Assembly (NCBI GenBank): GCA_044355765.1
Contig: JBIKXN010000001.1
Coordinates: forward strand, 1 to 33,455
Length of the DNA stretch: 33,455 bases
Origin: Alphaproteobacteria bacterium
GTDB taxonomy: Bacteria > Pseudomonadota > Alphaproteobacteria > CACIAM-22H2
Reading direction: 5' to 3'
Part shown: piece after piece, positions 8,813 to 17,593 of the stretch
Layout of the letters: each line of letters starts with the position of its first letter
Position numbering within the stretch: position 1 is the stretch's first letter
Program-made: the position numbers and the translations under genes
Notes under the pieces: model-generated
What the model was told of the DNA's origin: nothing
Seen by the model: only the letters and a program-made list of their open reading frames with translations
The model's database searches: none

Positions 8813-9006
8813 GCTGTCCACCGCAGCGCGACGCGACGTGCCCTGTTCAACCGTTGCTACGGTCCGACGCCGCAGGGCGTTCGACAAAGCTGCGGCCGTC
8901 CAATGCCGGCCTCCCCGCCGCAGTCGCCAGCTCCATTCGCATTTCGCGCCGCCAGGGAATCCCTCTCCGGTTCCAAGCGGCCGGAAACTGCGCGAGACGC
9001 GAGGGG

Positions 9007-9660
9007 TCAGCCCGCAGCCTTGGCGGCGAGCCACGCGGCGACCTCCGCGCGATAGGCCTCCATCACGCTCTCGATGCGCGGATCGGCGGTGACGGCCTCG
9101 CGCCAGCGTCGCGTCCGGGGTCCGTAGACAGGAGGCCGCCCGAGCATCGCCAGCAGACCGTCGGCGATCGCGAGAGTCGGCGGAAAGCCGCAATCGGCGA
9201 GCGTCGGGGCGGGGCCCGCGGCGAAGGGGCCGCGGTCGTCCAGGAACCCGTCGAGCAGGGCGAGACGGCGCGCGAAGGTGTCGCCTTGCGCCGCGACGAT
9301 GGCGGGATCGCGTGTGGCCGGCGCCGCCTGGCCAAAGAGCGCGCGCAGCGGTGGCTCCAGATGCAGGTCGTGGAAGCGCGACAGGAACCGGATCCGGGCA
9401 CGCTCGCGCGCCGTTCCGGGCAGCAGAGCGGGATCGGGGAAGCGCTCCTCCAGATACTCGACGATCGTGTCGCTTTCGCTCAGCACCATGTCGCCCTCGA
9501 CCAGGGCCGGCACCGTGCCGAGCGGGACGATCCGCCGATAGGCCTCGCTGCGATAGCTGCCCTCGGGCGGCAGCCGCAGCTCGGGCACGATGCGCTTGAG
9601 CGCGCAGGCGATGCGCGTCTTGGCGCTGTAGCTGGAGAGCTTCGTCCAGTAGAGGATCAT
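9007..9660 (-). CDS. Glutathione S-transferase family protein
   Basis: Start at ATG 9660..9658 (MILYWTKLSSYSAKTRIACAL), overlapping the Rieske gene stop (ATGA). It has the thioredoxin-like GST N-domain signature VPALVEGDMVLSESDTIVEYL and a helical C-domain. The upstream 214 residues of the track ORF are Arg/Gly/Pro junk inside the Rieske gene. Confidence 0.8.
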   Translation of the reverse strand: MILYWTKLSSYSAKTRIACALKRIVPELRLPPEGSYRSEAYRRIVPLGTVPALVEGDMVLSESDTIVEYLEERFPDPALLPGTARERARIRFLSRFHDLHLEPPLRALFGQAAPATRDPAIVAAQGDTFARRLALLDGFLDDRGPFAAGPAPTLADCGFPPTLAIADGLLAMLGRPPVYGPRTRRWREAVTADPRIESVMEAYRAEVAAWLAAKAAG

Positions 9661-10982
9661 GACGCGGCCTCGTCGCCGCGCGGCGCGGCCAGCCGCGCGT
9701 CGATCCAGTCGGGTCTGGCGGCGGCCGGCTCGCGCGCGCTCGCCAGGACCAGATCCGCGACCCGTTTGCCGAAGGCGGCTAGTGCCTGGCGATCCAGGGC
9801 CGTCGCCGGTTCGACCGTGTCCTGGACGAAGGTGGCGACCAGACCGTCGGCGCCGGCCGGGACATGCGTGGGCGCGGTCCCCTCGGCGAGGGCGCGGATG
9901 TTCTTGCGCAGCAGGCGCCGCAGCATCGCCACGCCCTGATCGGAAGAGGCGAGCGTCTCGAGCGCGTGGACGGCGATGCGACGCTGCGACACCAGGACCT
10001 CGTAGTCGCCGGGCTGACGCTGGCGCTCCGCGTAGCTGCGCTCTTCCTCGGTCTGGCCGATGAAGTCGATGCTCTGCCTGCCGACCTTGGCGCGATCGCC
10101 GAGACCCTGCGGATCGAGTGCGTCGCTGAAATAGCGCCAGCCGATGACGAGCGTCTCGTGGTCGTCGATCGGCACCATCCAGCGCGTGAAGGCGGCGCGC
10201 TGGAAGACCTTGCGCCGGTCCGCCGCCTCCCAGATCGCGCCGCCCTGGTTGCAGTTCGGCAGGATCGTCTCGGTGCAGCGGGTCCAGAAATTCCCCGACC
10301 ACAGCCGCGTCTGGACGTTGATCATGCCGAGCGGGGTCTGGCGATACTCGATCTCCTGGTCGGCGCCCGAGGCGTCGCCGAACTGCGCGCCGGAGATCCG
10401 GGTATGCAGATAGACGACATGCACGGGATCTTGCGTGTTCTCGTAGACCTGTAGCCAGTTGCAGGGCATCCGGATCGCGAAGGGCACGGGCTCGGCGCCG
10501 GCGCGCGCGGTGTCGAAGATCGGGAAGGGCGGCGTCGTTTCGGGCGGCCCGAGATAGGCAAAGACGAGCCCGTCATGCAGATGCACGCGATAGGCGCCCT
10601 GGCAGCGCGTGTCGCGGATGCGGCTGGAGGGCGGTTCGGCAGGGGTCGAGAGGATCGTGCCGTCGATGTCGAAGGTCCAGCCGTGATAGCAACACGAGAT
10701 CCCGCGCTCCATCGGGATCCCGTATTCGAGGCTGGCGCCGCGATGCAGGCAGTGCCTGTGCAGCAGCCCGATCCGCCCCGACAGGTCGCGGAACAGCACC
10801 AGATCCTCGCCCAGGATGCGCAGCGCCAGCGGCCGCTCGCCCAGCTCCGACAGCATCGCGACGGGCTGCCAGGCGCGGCGGATGTATTCGCCGCAGGGCG
10901 TGTCGGGGCCCACCGACGTCAGCTCGGGATCGGGCGCGGGCACCGCGCGGCGCAGATAGCCGGAATAGGGCTGTGCCTTCAT
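9657..10982 (-). CDS. Rieske [2Fe-2S] non-heme-iron oxygenase, alpha (catalytic) subunit type
   Basis: 441-aa ORF. Rieske motif CLHRGASLEYGIPMERGISCCYHGW (CxH...CxxH). Mononuclear iron motif NTQDPVHVVYLH (DxxHx4H). No ferredoxin or reductase gene lies nearby. Confidence 0.85.
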   Translation of the reverse strand: MKAQPYSGYLRRAVPAPDPELTSVGPDTPCGEYIRRAWQPVAMLSELGERPLALRILGEDLVLFRDLSGRIGLLHRHCLHRGASLEYGIPMERGISCCYHGWTFDIDGTILSTPAEPPSSRIRDTRCQGAYRVHLHDGLVFAYLGPPETTPPFPIFDTARAGAEPVPFAIRMPCNWLQVYENTQDPVHVVYLHTRISGAQFGDASGADQEIEYRQTPLGMINVQTRLWSGNFWTRCTETILPNCNQGGAIWEAADRRKVFQRAAFTRWMVPIDDHETLVIGWRYFSDALDPQGLGDRAKVGRQSIDFIGQTEEERSYAERQRQPGDYEVLVSQRRIAVHALETLASSDQGVAMLRRLLRKNIRALAEGTAPTHVPAGADGLVATFVQDTVEPATALDRQALAAFGKRVADLVLASAREPAAARPDWIDARLAAPRGDEAAS

Positions 10983-10995
10983 GGGGAACGGATCT

Positions 10996-11766
10996 TCATC
11001 GGCGATCGCCGCCGTTGCGGGCCAGCCTGCGCTCGAGGCGGCGGACGAGGAACGAGACGAGCAGGATCAGCAGCAGATATTCGAGCACGAGGAACGTATA
11101 GATCTCCAGCGGCCGGTACTCGACCAGGGTCAATTCGTTGGCGCGCCGCGTCAGTTCCTGGAAGCCGATCACCGAGACCAGCGAACTCATCTTCAGGACA
11201 TAGACGAACTGGTTGCCCAGCGCGGGCAGGATGCGGCGGATCGCCTGGGGCAGGACGATCAACCGCATCGTCTGCCATCGGTTCAGCCCAAGGCTCTGGG
11301 CCGCCTCGGTCTGGCCGCGCGAGATCGACTGGATGCCGGCGCGGAAGATCTCGGCCTCGAACGCCGCGTCGCTGACGGCGAGGCTGATCACGCCTGCGGC
11401 GAAGACGCCGAACTGGATCCCGAGCACGACCGGCAGGCCGTAATAGACCCAGAGCAGCAGCACCAGCAGCGGTATGGATCGCACGCCCTCGACATAGATC
11501 CGGGCCGCCGCCCGCAGCAGCGTGTTGCGCGACAGCGCGAGCATGGCGAGCGCGGCGCCGGCCACCACGGCGATCGCGATCGCGGTCACCGAGATCGTGA
11601 CCGTCGCCAGCAGCCCGTCGAGCAGGAACTGGAGGTTCTTGCGACCGCGCGGGTCGAAGGGCGAGACGACGTACCAGCCCCAGCTATAGGTGCCGGGCCC
11701 GCAGCCGCTCGTCGCGGCAAGCAGGGCCGCGGCGAGCGCCAGTCGCGCGAGGCGCATGCCGGCCAT
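10996..11766 (-). CDS. Polar amino acid/opine-type ABC transporter permease
   Basis: Multi-helix hydrophobic protein with the His/Glu/Gln/Arg/opine permease core (YVEGVRSIPLLVLLLWVYYGLP ... EAAQSLGLNRWQTMRLIVLPQAIRRILPALGNQFVYVLKMSSL, the EAA loop). The track start 11769 is a TTG; the ATG is at 11766. Confidence 0.85.
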   Translation of the reverse strand: MAGMRLARLALAAALLAATSGCGPGTYSWGWYVVSPFDPRGRKNLQFLLDGLLATVTISVTAIAIAVVAGAALAMLALSRNTLLRAAARIYVEGVRSIPLLVLLLWVYYGLPVVLGIQFGVFAAGVISLAVSDAAFEAEIFRAGIQSISRGQTEAAQSLGLNRWQTMRLIVLPQAIRRILPALGNQFVYVLKMSSLVSVIGFQELTRRANELTLVEYRPLEIYTFLVLEYLLLILLVSFLVRRLERRLARNGGDRR

Positions 11767-11797
11767 CAATCTGTCAGGCCGGCCTGCGCGCCGCGGG

Positions 11798-12616
11798 TCA
11801 GGCCTTGGGCAGCCACTTGGCTTCGAGCGCGTCGAAGAAGCCTTCGGTGGTCTTGAGGGTCACCCAGGTGTTCACGAAGTTGAGCCAGGTCGGTTCGTCC
11901 TGGGCGACGACGAAGGCGAGCGGGCGGCGGTTGCGCGGACGCACGTTCTCGCCGAGCAGGGTCAGCTGGTCGAAGCGGCGGACCAGCGTGGACGCCTCGA
12001 TCGTGCTGGTGATCGTCACGTCGGCGCGGCCGGCGAGGACTTCCTGGAACCCCGTGGCCGGCGCCTGCACCGCGCGCAGCTGGGCGCGCGGGAAATGCGC
12101 CTTGGCCTGCTCCTCGAACACGGTGCCCATGAAGGTGGCGACGCGCACGCCGGGGTCGTTGATCGACTCCCAGGTCCGGTACTTGCCGGCATTGGCCTTA
12201 AGCGCCAGCGGCACGGTGCCGAGTTCGATATAGGGGATCGAGAACGCTGCCGTGCGCGCCCGCGCCATGCTGACCGAGGCGCCCGAGAAGATGTCGAAAC
12301 GGCCGGCGGCAATTCCCGCCACCAGCGTCGCCCACTCGGTCTGCACCCATTCGATCTTCGTGCCCATGTCGGCCGCCAGCTGCGTCATCGCCTCGATGTC
12401 GAAGCCGCGATACTCGTTGGAGCCGGGATCGCGGAACGACATCGGGTTGAAATCGCCGGTGGTCCCGATCCGGATGGTGCCGCGCTCCAGGATCTGCGCC
12501 AGGCGCGACCTGCCGGCCGTCTGGGCCTGGGCGATCTGCGGCGCAGCGGCGGCCGCGAGCAGGGCGCCGGAGGCGGTGCCGAGGCCGATCATTCGGCCGA
12601 GGTCGCGACGATTCAT
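11798..12616 (-). CDS. ABC transporter substrate-binding protein, family 3 (polar amino acid/opine type)
   Basis: ATG at 12616..12614 with GAGGA upstream. Signal peptide MNRRDLGRMIGLGTASGALLAAAAAPQIAQAQ (RR-containing). Family segments are GFDIEAMTQLAADMG and WATLVAGIAAGRFDIFSGASVSMARARTAAFSIPY. Confidence 0.85.
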   Translation of the reverse strand: MNRRDLGRMIGLGTASGALLAAAAAPQIAQAQTAGRSRLAQILERGTIRIGTTGDFNPMSFRDPGSNEYRGFDIEAMTQLAADMGTKIEWVQTEWATLVAGIAAGRFDIFSGASVSMARARTAAFSIPYIELGTVPLALKANAGKYRTWESINDPGVRVATFMGTVFEEQAKAHFPRAQLRAVQAPATGFQEVLAGRADVTITSTIEASTLVRRFDQLTLLGENVRPRNRRPLAFVVAQDEPTWLNFVNTWVTLKTTEGFFDALEAKWLPKA

Positions 12617-12719
12617 CGGATCATCCTCATTTCTGACGGGGGTAGCATCAGGATAGTCCGCCCCCGGCGAGGGTCAAATGCAGAAATCCTTGCGCCGCGC
12701 GCGCCGAGGACGGCAAATC

Positions 12720-12749
12720 GGGATCGTCGTTTCCTGGCCCGGGATCGTC
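12720..12749. promoter_or_regulatory. 9-bp direct repeat GGGATCGTC x2 upstream of soxB (candidate regulator site)
   Basis: The copies lie at 12720-12728 and 12741-12749, 21 bp apart (about two helical turns). The second copy ends 9 nt before the soxB ATG, within the 141-bp divergent region. Confidence 0.25.
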
Positions 12750-12757
12750 CTCCGACG

Positions 12758-14005
12758 ATGCGCTATTCAATCCTCTCGCTCGCGCGCAACGCCCTTACCG
12801 GCCACGCGCGCTGGCCGCGCGCGTGGCGCGACCCGCCGCTGCAGCAGGCCTACGACGCGGTCATCGTCGGGGCCGGCGGCCATGGGCTCGCCACCGCCTA
12901 CCACCTGGCGCGCGACCATGGGCTGACGCGGATAGCGGTGCTCGACAAGGGATGGCTTGGCGGCGGAAACACCGCGCGCAACACGGTGACGATCCGCGCC
13001 AATTATCTGCGCGAACCTTCGATGCGCTTCTACGCCGCGAGCATCGCGCTATGGGAGAACCTGTCCCGGACGCTGAACTTCAACGTGATGTTCAGCCAGC
13101 GCGGCCAGGTCGACCTGATCCAGACCTGGGGCAAGCTGCGCGACGTCAAGCGCCGGCAGGCCGCGCTGCGCCTGATCGGCGTGCCGTTCGACATCCTGAC
13201 GCCGGCCGCCGCGAAGGCGCGCATCCCGTTCCTCGACCTCGACGCGTCGGCCCGCCTGCCGGTGCTCGCGGCGACCTGGCATCCGACGGCCGGCGTCGCG
13301 CGGCACGACGCGGTCGCCTGGGGCTATGCGCGCGCCGCCGACGCGATGGGCGTGGACATCGTGCAGAATTGCGAGGTCCGCGCGATCCGGCGCGAGGCGG
13401 GGCGGGTGGTGGGCGTCGAGACCGCGCGCGGCTTCGTCGCCGCGCCGCGCGTCGCGCTCTGCGTCGCCGCGCATGCCGGCGTGCTGGCGGCAAGCGCCGG
13501 GTTCCGCCTGCCGATCGAGACCGTACCGCTGCAGGCCTTCGTGTCCGAGCCGCTGAAGCCGATGCTGGATGTGATCGTCAACATTCCCCATTTCGCGACG
13601 TATTTCTCGCAGAGCGACAAGGGCGAGTTGGTGATCGGGGGCGGCGCCGACGGCTACCCGTCCTATGCGTCGCGCGGCAGCTTCGCGGTCGTCGAGGAGG
13701 CGGTCGGCGCGATGCTCTCGCTGTTCCCGGCGCTGCGCCGGGTCAGGATGCTTCGGCAATGGGCGGGGTCGATCGATCTCTGCCACGACATCACGCCGAT
13801 CCTGTCGCCGTCGCCGGTCGAGGGGCTGAGCCTCAGCGTCGGCTGGGGGTCCGGCGGGTTCAAGGCGATCCCGATCGGCGGCGTCGCGCTCGCCCATCTG
13901 GTCGCGACGGGAACGCCGCATCCGCTGGCCCGACATCTGTTGTTGTCGCGTTTCGCCGCCGGTCGGCCGTTGTTCGAGACCGCCGGCGCGTCGAACCGGA
14001 TCTGA
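12758..14005 (+). CDS. soxB: Heterotetrameric sarcosine-oxidase-type beta subunit (FAD/FMN N-methyl amino acid oxidase)
   Basis: Start at ATG 12758 (MRYSILSLARNALTGHARWPRAW, the typical SoxB N-terminus). FAD fingerprint YDAVIVGAGGHGLATAYHLA. Followed by delta, alpha and gamma genes in the canonical order. Confidence 0.9.
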   Translation: MRYSILSLARNALTGHARWPRAWRDPPLQQAYDAVIVGAGGHGLATAYHLARDHGLTRIAVLDKGWLGGGNTARNTVTIRANYLREPSMRFYAASIALWENLSRTLNFNVMFSQRGQVDLIQTWGKLRDVKRRQAALRLIGVPFDILTPAAAKARIPFLDLDASARLPVLAATWHPTAGVARHDAVAWGYARAADAMGVDIVQNCEVRAIRREAGRVVGVETARGFVAAPRVALCVAAHAGVLAASAGFRLPIETVPLQAFVSEPLKPMLDVIVNIPHFATYFSQSDKGELVIGGGADGYPSYASRGSFAVVEEAVGAMLSLFPALRRVRMLRQWAGSIDLCHDITPILSPSPVEGLSLSVGWGSGGFKAIPIGGVALAHLVATGTPHPLARHLLLSRFAAGRPLFETAGASNRI

Positions 14006-14012
14006 GGCGCGC

Positions 14013-14252
14013 ATGTTGAGCATCGCCTGCCCTTTCTGCGGTCCGCGCGCCGAACTGGAGTTTTCCTGCGGCGGCGAGATCGTGCGCCGGCCGGATGCCG
14101 CCGCGCCGCCCGACGCGGCCGCGCTGGCCGAGATCCTGTACATGCGCGACAATCTTCGCGGCGTGCACGAGGAATTGTGGTGGCATCGTCTGGGCTGCCG
14201 GCGCTGGTTCCGCCTACGGCGCGACACGCGCGACAACGGCATGCTGCCATGA
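14013..14252 (+). CDS. soxD: Sarcosine-oxidase-type delta subunit
   Basis: 79 aa: MLSIACPFCGPRAELEFSCGGE ... WWHRLGCRRWF, i.e. CxxC plus H/C zinc-ligand contexts. Sits between the beta and alpha genes. Its stop overlaps the soxA start (ATGA at 14249-14252). Confidence 0.85.
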   Translation: MLSIACPFCGPRAELEFSCGGEIVRRPDAAAPPDAAALAEILYMRDNLRGVHEELWWHRLGCRRWFRLRRDTRDNGMLP

Positions 14253-17191
14253 CCGGCTATCGTCTGCCGTCGTCCGGGGCGACGCAGGGCGGGGCGCAGA
14301 TCGCCTTCCGTTTCGATGGTCGGCGTCTGGCCGGGCGCGCGGGAGAGACCCTCGCGGCGGCGCTGCTCGCCGCGGGCGAGCGTATCGTCGCGCGCAGCTT
14401 CAAGTATCACCGGCCGCGCGGGGTCTACGGCTTCGGCCTCGAGGAACCGAACGCGCTGGTGCGCTGCGGCGAGGATCCGCTGGCGCTCGCGACCCGCATC
14501 CGTCTCGCCGATGGGCTGGATGCGCATCCGGTCAACGCCGCGCCGAGCCTGCGCTTCGACTGGCGGGAAATCCACGACTGGCTGTCGCCGCTGCTGCCGG
14601 CGGGTTTCTACTACAAGACCTTCATGGGACCGGCTGGCGCCTGGCCCCACTGGGAGCGCGCGATCCGCGCCGCCGCGGGGCTCGCGCGGCTCGACGGCAG
14701 CGCGCCGTCGTGGCGTCGCGACACGCGTCACGTCCATTGCGACGTGCTGGTGGTCGGGGCGGGCCCGGCGGGTCTGGCGGCCGCGCGCGACCTGGCGGCG
14801 AGCGGCGCGCGAGTCGTGCTCGCCGACGACGGCGCCGCGCCGGGCGCGGCCAATCTCGACGGCATGGAAGCCTGGATCGACGGCGAGCCCGTGGCCGACT
14901 GGGCGCGGCGCGCGACGGCGGAGTTCGACGGGGCGCAGGCATGCACGCGTCTGGCGGACACGCTGGTCTTCGCGCTGCACGACCATGGTTTCGCGCTGGC
15001 GGTCCAACGCGATCCTGCCGACGGGATGGATGCCCGTCTGTGGCGCATCCGCGCCGGTCGCGTGATCCTGGCGACCGGCGCGCTCGAGCGGCCCGCGCTG
15101 TTCGCCGGCAACGATCGCGCGGGCGTCATGTCGCTCGCGGCCGTACGACGCTACGCCGAGCGCTTCGCGGTCGCCTGCGGTCGCGATCTGGTCGTCGTCG
15201 CGAACAACTCCGCGGCCTATGGCGACGTCGCGCGGCTCCGGCGGATGGGAGTGGCTGTTTCGGCGATCGTCGATCCGCGGCGGCGCATCCCCGCCGGCGC
15301 GCTCGATCTGGCCGGCCGGTTCGGCGTCGCGGTGCTTGGCGGCCAATCCGCGATCGCGGCGGTCGGGCGGACGGTCGAGGCCGTGCGCGTGTCCTCTTCG
15401 GGCAGCGCCGGCCGCCCGCGTACCCTCGACTGCGATGTCCTGGCCGTCTCCGGCGGCTGGACGCCGCTGGTTCATCTGCACAGCCAGGCAGGCGGGCGGC
15501 TGGACCACGATGCGGCGCTCGACGCGTTCCTGCCTCGCCTCGACTCCCGGCCGGTGACGAGCATCGGTTCCTGCGCCGGCCGCATGACGCTCGCTGCCGC
15601 GCTCGCGGACGGGAAGGCGACCGCGCGGGCGATCGCCGCTGGCCTCGGACGAACGGTCCCGGCGGCGCGGATCGAGGACGTGATCGCGCCGGAGGATTTC
15701 GACCCCGATCCCGCCGTGCTGGTCGAAGCCCCAGGCGCGGCCGTGGCGGGCAAGGTCTTCGTCGACCTCGCCGCCGACGTCACGACAGCCGACATCCGGC
15801 TGGCGGCGCGCGAGGGCTACGATTCGGTCGAACTGATGAAGCGCTACACCACCGCGGGCATGGCCGGCGACCAGGGACGCCATGGCAATCTCGACGCGAT
15901 CGCGGTGCTGGCGCAGGCGCGCGGCGATCTGCCCGGCAGCGTCGGCACCACGACCTACCGGCCGCCCTTCGCGCCGGTCGAGTTCGGGACGATCGCGCCG
16001 CGCGCCGGCTGGTTCCTCGCGCCGGCCCGCGCGACGCCGCTCACGCCGTGGCACGAAGCCGCCGGCGCGGTCATGTACGATGTCGGCGCGAACTGGCGGC
16101 GACCCGGCTACTACCCGCGGCCGGGAGAGACGCTGGAGACGGCGACTGCCCGCGAATGCGTCGCCTGCCGCACCGGCGTCGCCATCTACGATTCGAGCCC
16201 GCTGGGGAAGTTCGAGTTCGGCGGACGCGACGTCACGACCTTCCTGGAGCGACTCTACTGCAACGCCTGGGCGGATCTGCCGCCCGGCATGGGGCGCTAC
16301 GGCATGATGCTGTTCGAGGACGGACGGGTCTTCGACGACGGTATCGCGTTCCGTCTCTCCGCGCGGCGCTTCCTCGTCACCACGACCACCGGCAACGCCG
16401 ATACTGCGCTGGCGCGGTTCGAGTACCATCGCCAGATCGTCTGGCCCGAACTCGACGTGCGCATCGTGCCGGTCACCGCGCAATGGGCGGATATCGTCGT
16501 ATGCGGACCGAAGGCGCGGGAGGTGATCGCCGCTGCGGGCACCGATATCGACCTCTCCAGCGAGGCCTTCGCGTTCATGGGCCTCCGCACCGGGCGCGTC
16601 GCCGGCATCGACGCCCGCGTTATGCGCGTCAGCTTCACCGGCGAACTCAGCTACGAGATCAACGTGCCCGCCCGCCGCGCGCTCGACCTCTGGACGGCGC
16701 TGATGCATGCCGGTGCGGCGCACGACATCGTGCCGCTCGGTTCCGAGGCCAACCATGTCCTGCGGATCGAGAAGGGGTTCATCTCCGTCGGGCACGAGGC
16801 GGACGGCGTCGTCGATCCATACGATCTCGGCATGGGGTGGATCGTCGCCACCGGCAAGCCGGATTTCGTCGGAAGGCAGGCGCTGCTGCGCAACCGCGCC
16901 GATCCCGCGCCGCGCGTCCAGCTCGTGGGCCTGCTCGCCGCCGATCCAGCCGCGGTGCCGGCGGAGGGCGCCGTGGTCCTCGCCGAGGACGGACGTTGGG
17001 GGCGCGGGCATGTGACGGCCAGCTGCATGAGCCCGACGCTGGGGCGTTCGCTGGCATTGGCGCTGGTGGAGGACGGACGACGGCTGATCGGCACGCGCGT
17101 GCGGCTCTTCGCGCCGTCCGGCAGCGAGAGCGAGGCGGAGGTCGTCAAGCCGGTCTTCTTCGATCCCAGGGGTGAGAGGATGCGCGCATGA
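14249..17191 (+). CDS. soxA: Sarcosine-oxidase-type alpha subunit (NAD-binding plus GcvT-like tetrahydrofolate-binding domains)
   Basis: Start at ATG 14249 (MTGYRLPSSG...FRFDGRRLAGRAGETLAAALLAAGERIVARSFKYHRPRGVYG). Dinucleotide fold VLVVGAGPAGLAAARDLA. The C-terminal aminomethyltransferase-like region reads YDSSPLGKFEFGGRDVTTFLERLYCNAW ... ELSYEINVPA. Confidence 0.9.
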   Translation: MTGYRLPSSGATQGGAQIAFRFDGRRLAGRAGETLAAALLAAGERIVARSFKYHRPRGVYGFGLEEPNALVRCGEDPLALATRIRLADGLDAHPVNAAPSLRFDWREIHDWLSPLLPAGFYYKTFMGPAGAWPHWERAIRAAAGLARLDGSAPSWRRDTRHVHCDVLVVGAGPAGLAAARDLAASGARVVLADDGAAPGAANLDGMEAWIDGEPVADWARRATAEFDGAQACTRLADTLVFALHDHGFALAVQRDPADGMDARLWRIRAGRVILATGALERPALFAGNDRAGVMSLAAVRRYAERFAVACGRDLVVVANNSAAYGDVARLRRMGVAVSAIVDPRRRIPAGALDLAGRFGVAVLGGQSAIAAVGRTVEAVRVSSSGSAGRPRTLDCDVLAVSGGWTPLVHLHSQAGGRLDHDAALDAFLPRLDSRPVTSIGSCAGRMTLAAALADGKATARAIAAGLGRTVPAARIEDVIAPEDFDPDPAVLVEAPGAAVAGKVFVDLAADVTTADIRLAAREGYDSVELMKRYTTAGMAGDQGRHGNLDAIAVLAQARGDLPGSVGTTTYRPPFAPVEFGTIAPRAGWFLAPARATPLTPWHEAAGAVMYDVGANWRRPGYYPRPGETLETATARECVACRTGVAIYDSSPLGKFEFGGRDVTTFLERLYCNAWADLPPGMGRYGMMLFEDGRVFDDGIAFRLSARRFLVTTTTGNADTALARFEYHRQIVWPELDVRIVPVTAQWADIVVCGPKAREVIAAAGTDIDLSSEAFAFMGLRTGRVAGIDARVMRVSFTGELSYEINVPARRALDLWTALMHAGAAHDIVPLGSEANHVLRIEKGFISVGHEADGVVDPYDLGMGWIVATGKPDFVGRQALLRNRADPAPRVQLVGLLAADPAAVPAEGAVVLAEDGRWGRGHVTASCMSPTLGRSLALALVEDGRRLIGTRVRLFAPSGSESEAEVVKPVFFDPRGERMRA

Positions 17192-17589
17192 CGGGTGTCG
17201 AGGTTTTGCCGCTAGGGCCCGAGCGCATCGTCGCGATCGACGGCCGGCCGGACCCGACGGCGCTTGCGGGTTTCGTCTGCCTGCGTCTGGGCGAGGCGGA
17301 ATACATGCTGCTCGGCGCCACGGTCACCGATCTGCCGCCCGCCGGCGATGTACTCGCCGTCGATGTCGGCGACGCGTGGGAGGGTTGGTCGGTGGCTGGG
17401 CCCGGCGCGGCGGATTTCCTGGCGCGGATCTGCGCGCTCGACCTCGCCGGCTTCGCGCCCGGCGCCGCCGTGCGCACCGCGATGGGCGGGATCGCCGTCC
17501 TGCTGCGACGTATCGGCGAGACGAGCTGGGAGCTGCGCGTCGAGCGCAGCTATGCCGGCTGGTTCGAGGCGTGGCTGCGCGCGCCTTGA
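17188..17589 (+). CDS. soxG: Sarcosine-oxidase-type gamma subunit (short form)
   Basis: 133-aa ORF whose ATG overlaps the soxA stop (ATGA 17188-17191). Assigned by position, by the C-terminal segment GIAVLLRRIGETSWELRVERSYAGWFEAWL, and by SoxG-like character. It appears shorter than I expect for gamma subunits. Confidence 0.7.
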   Translation: MTGVEVLPLGPERIVAIDGRPDPTALAGFVCLRLGEAEYMLLGATVTDLPPAGDVLAVDVGDAWEGWSVAGPGAADFLARICALDLAGFAPGAAVRTAMGGIAVLLRRIGETSWELRVERSYAGWFEAWLRAP

Positions 17590-17593
17590 GGGT

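Noticed and set aside
11700-11766. A lipobox-like LLAATSGC near the N-terminus of the permease at 10996-11766
   Set aside because: The protein is a multi-pass ABC permease, and the segment is most simply its first transmembrane helix. The -3 to -1 residues fit the lipobox consensus poorly.
13049-17011. A 1320-aa open frame on the minus strand covering soxB, soxD and soxA
   Set aside because: It lies antisense to three strongly supported genes. Its translation is dominated by R/A/G/P/D with no recognizable motifs. Long antisense ORFs like this are expected in GC-rich coding DNA because stop codons are rare.
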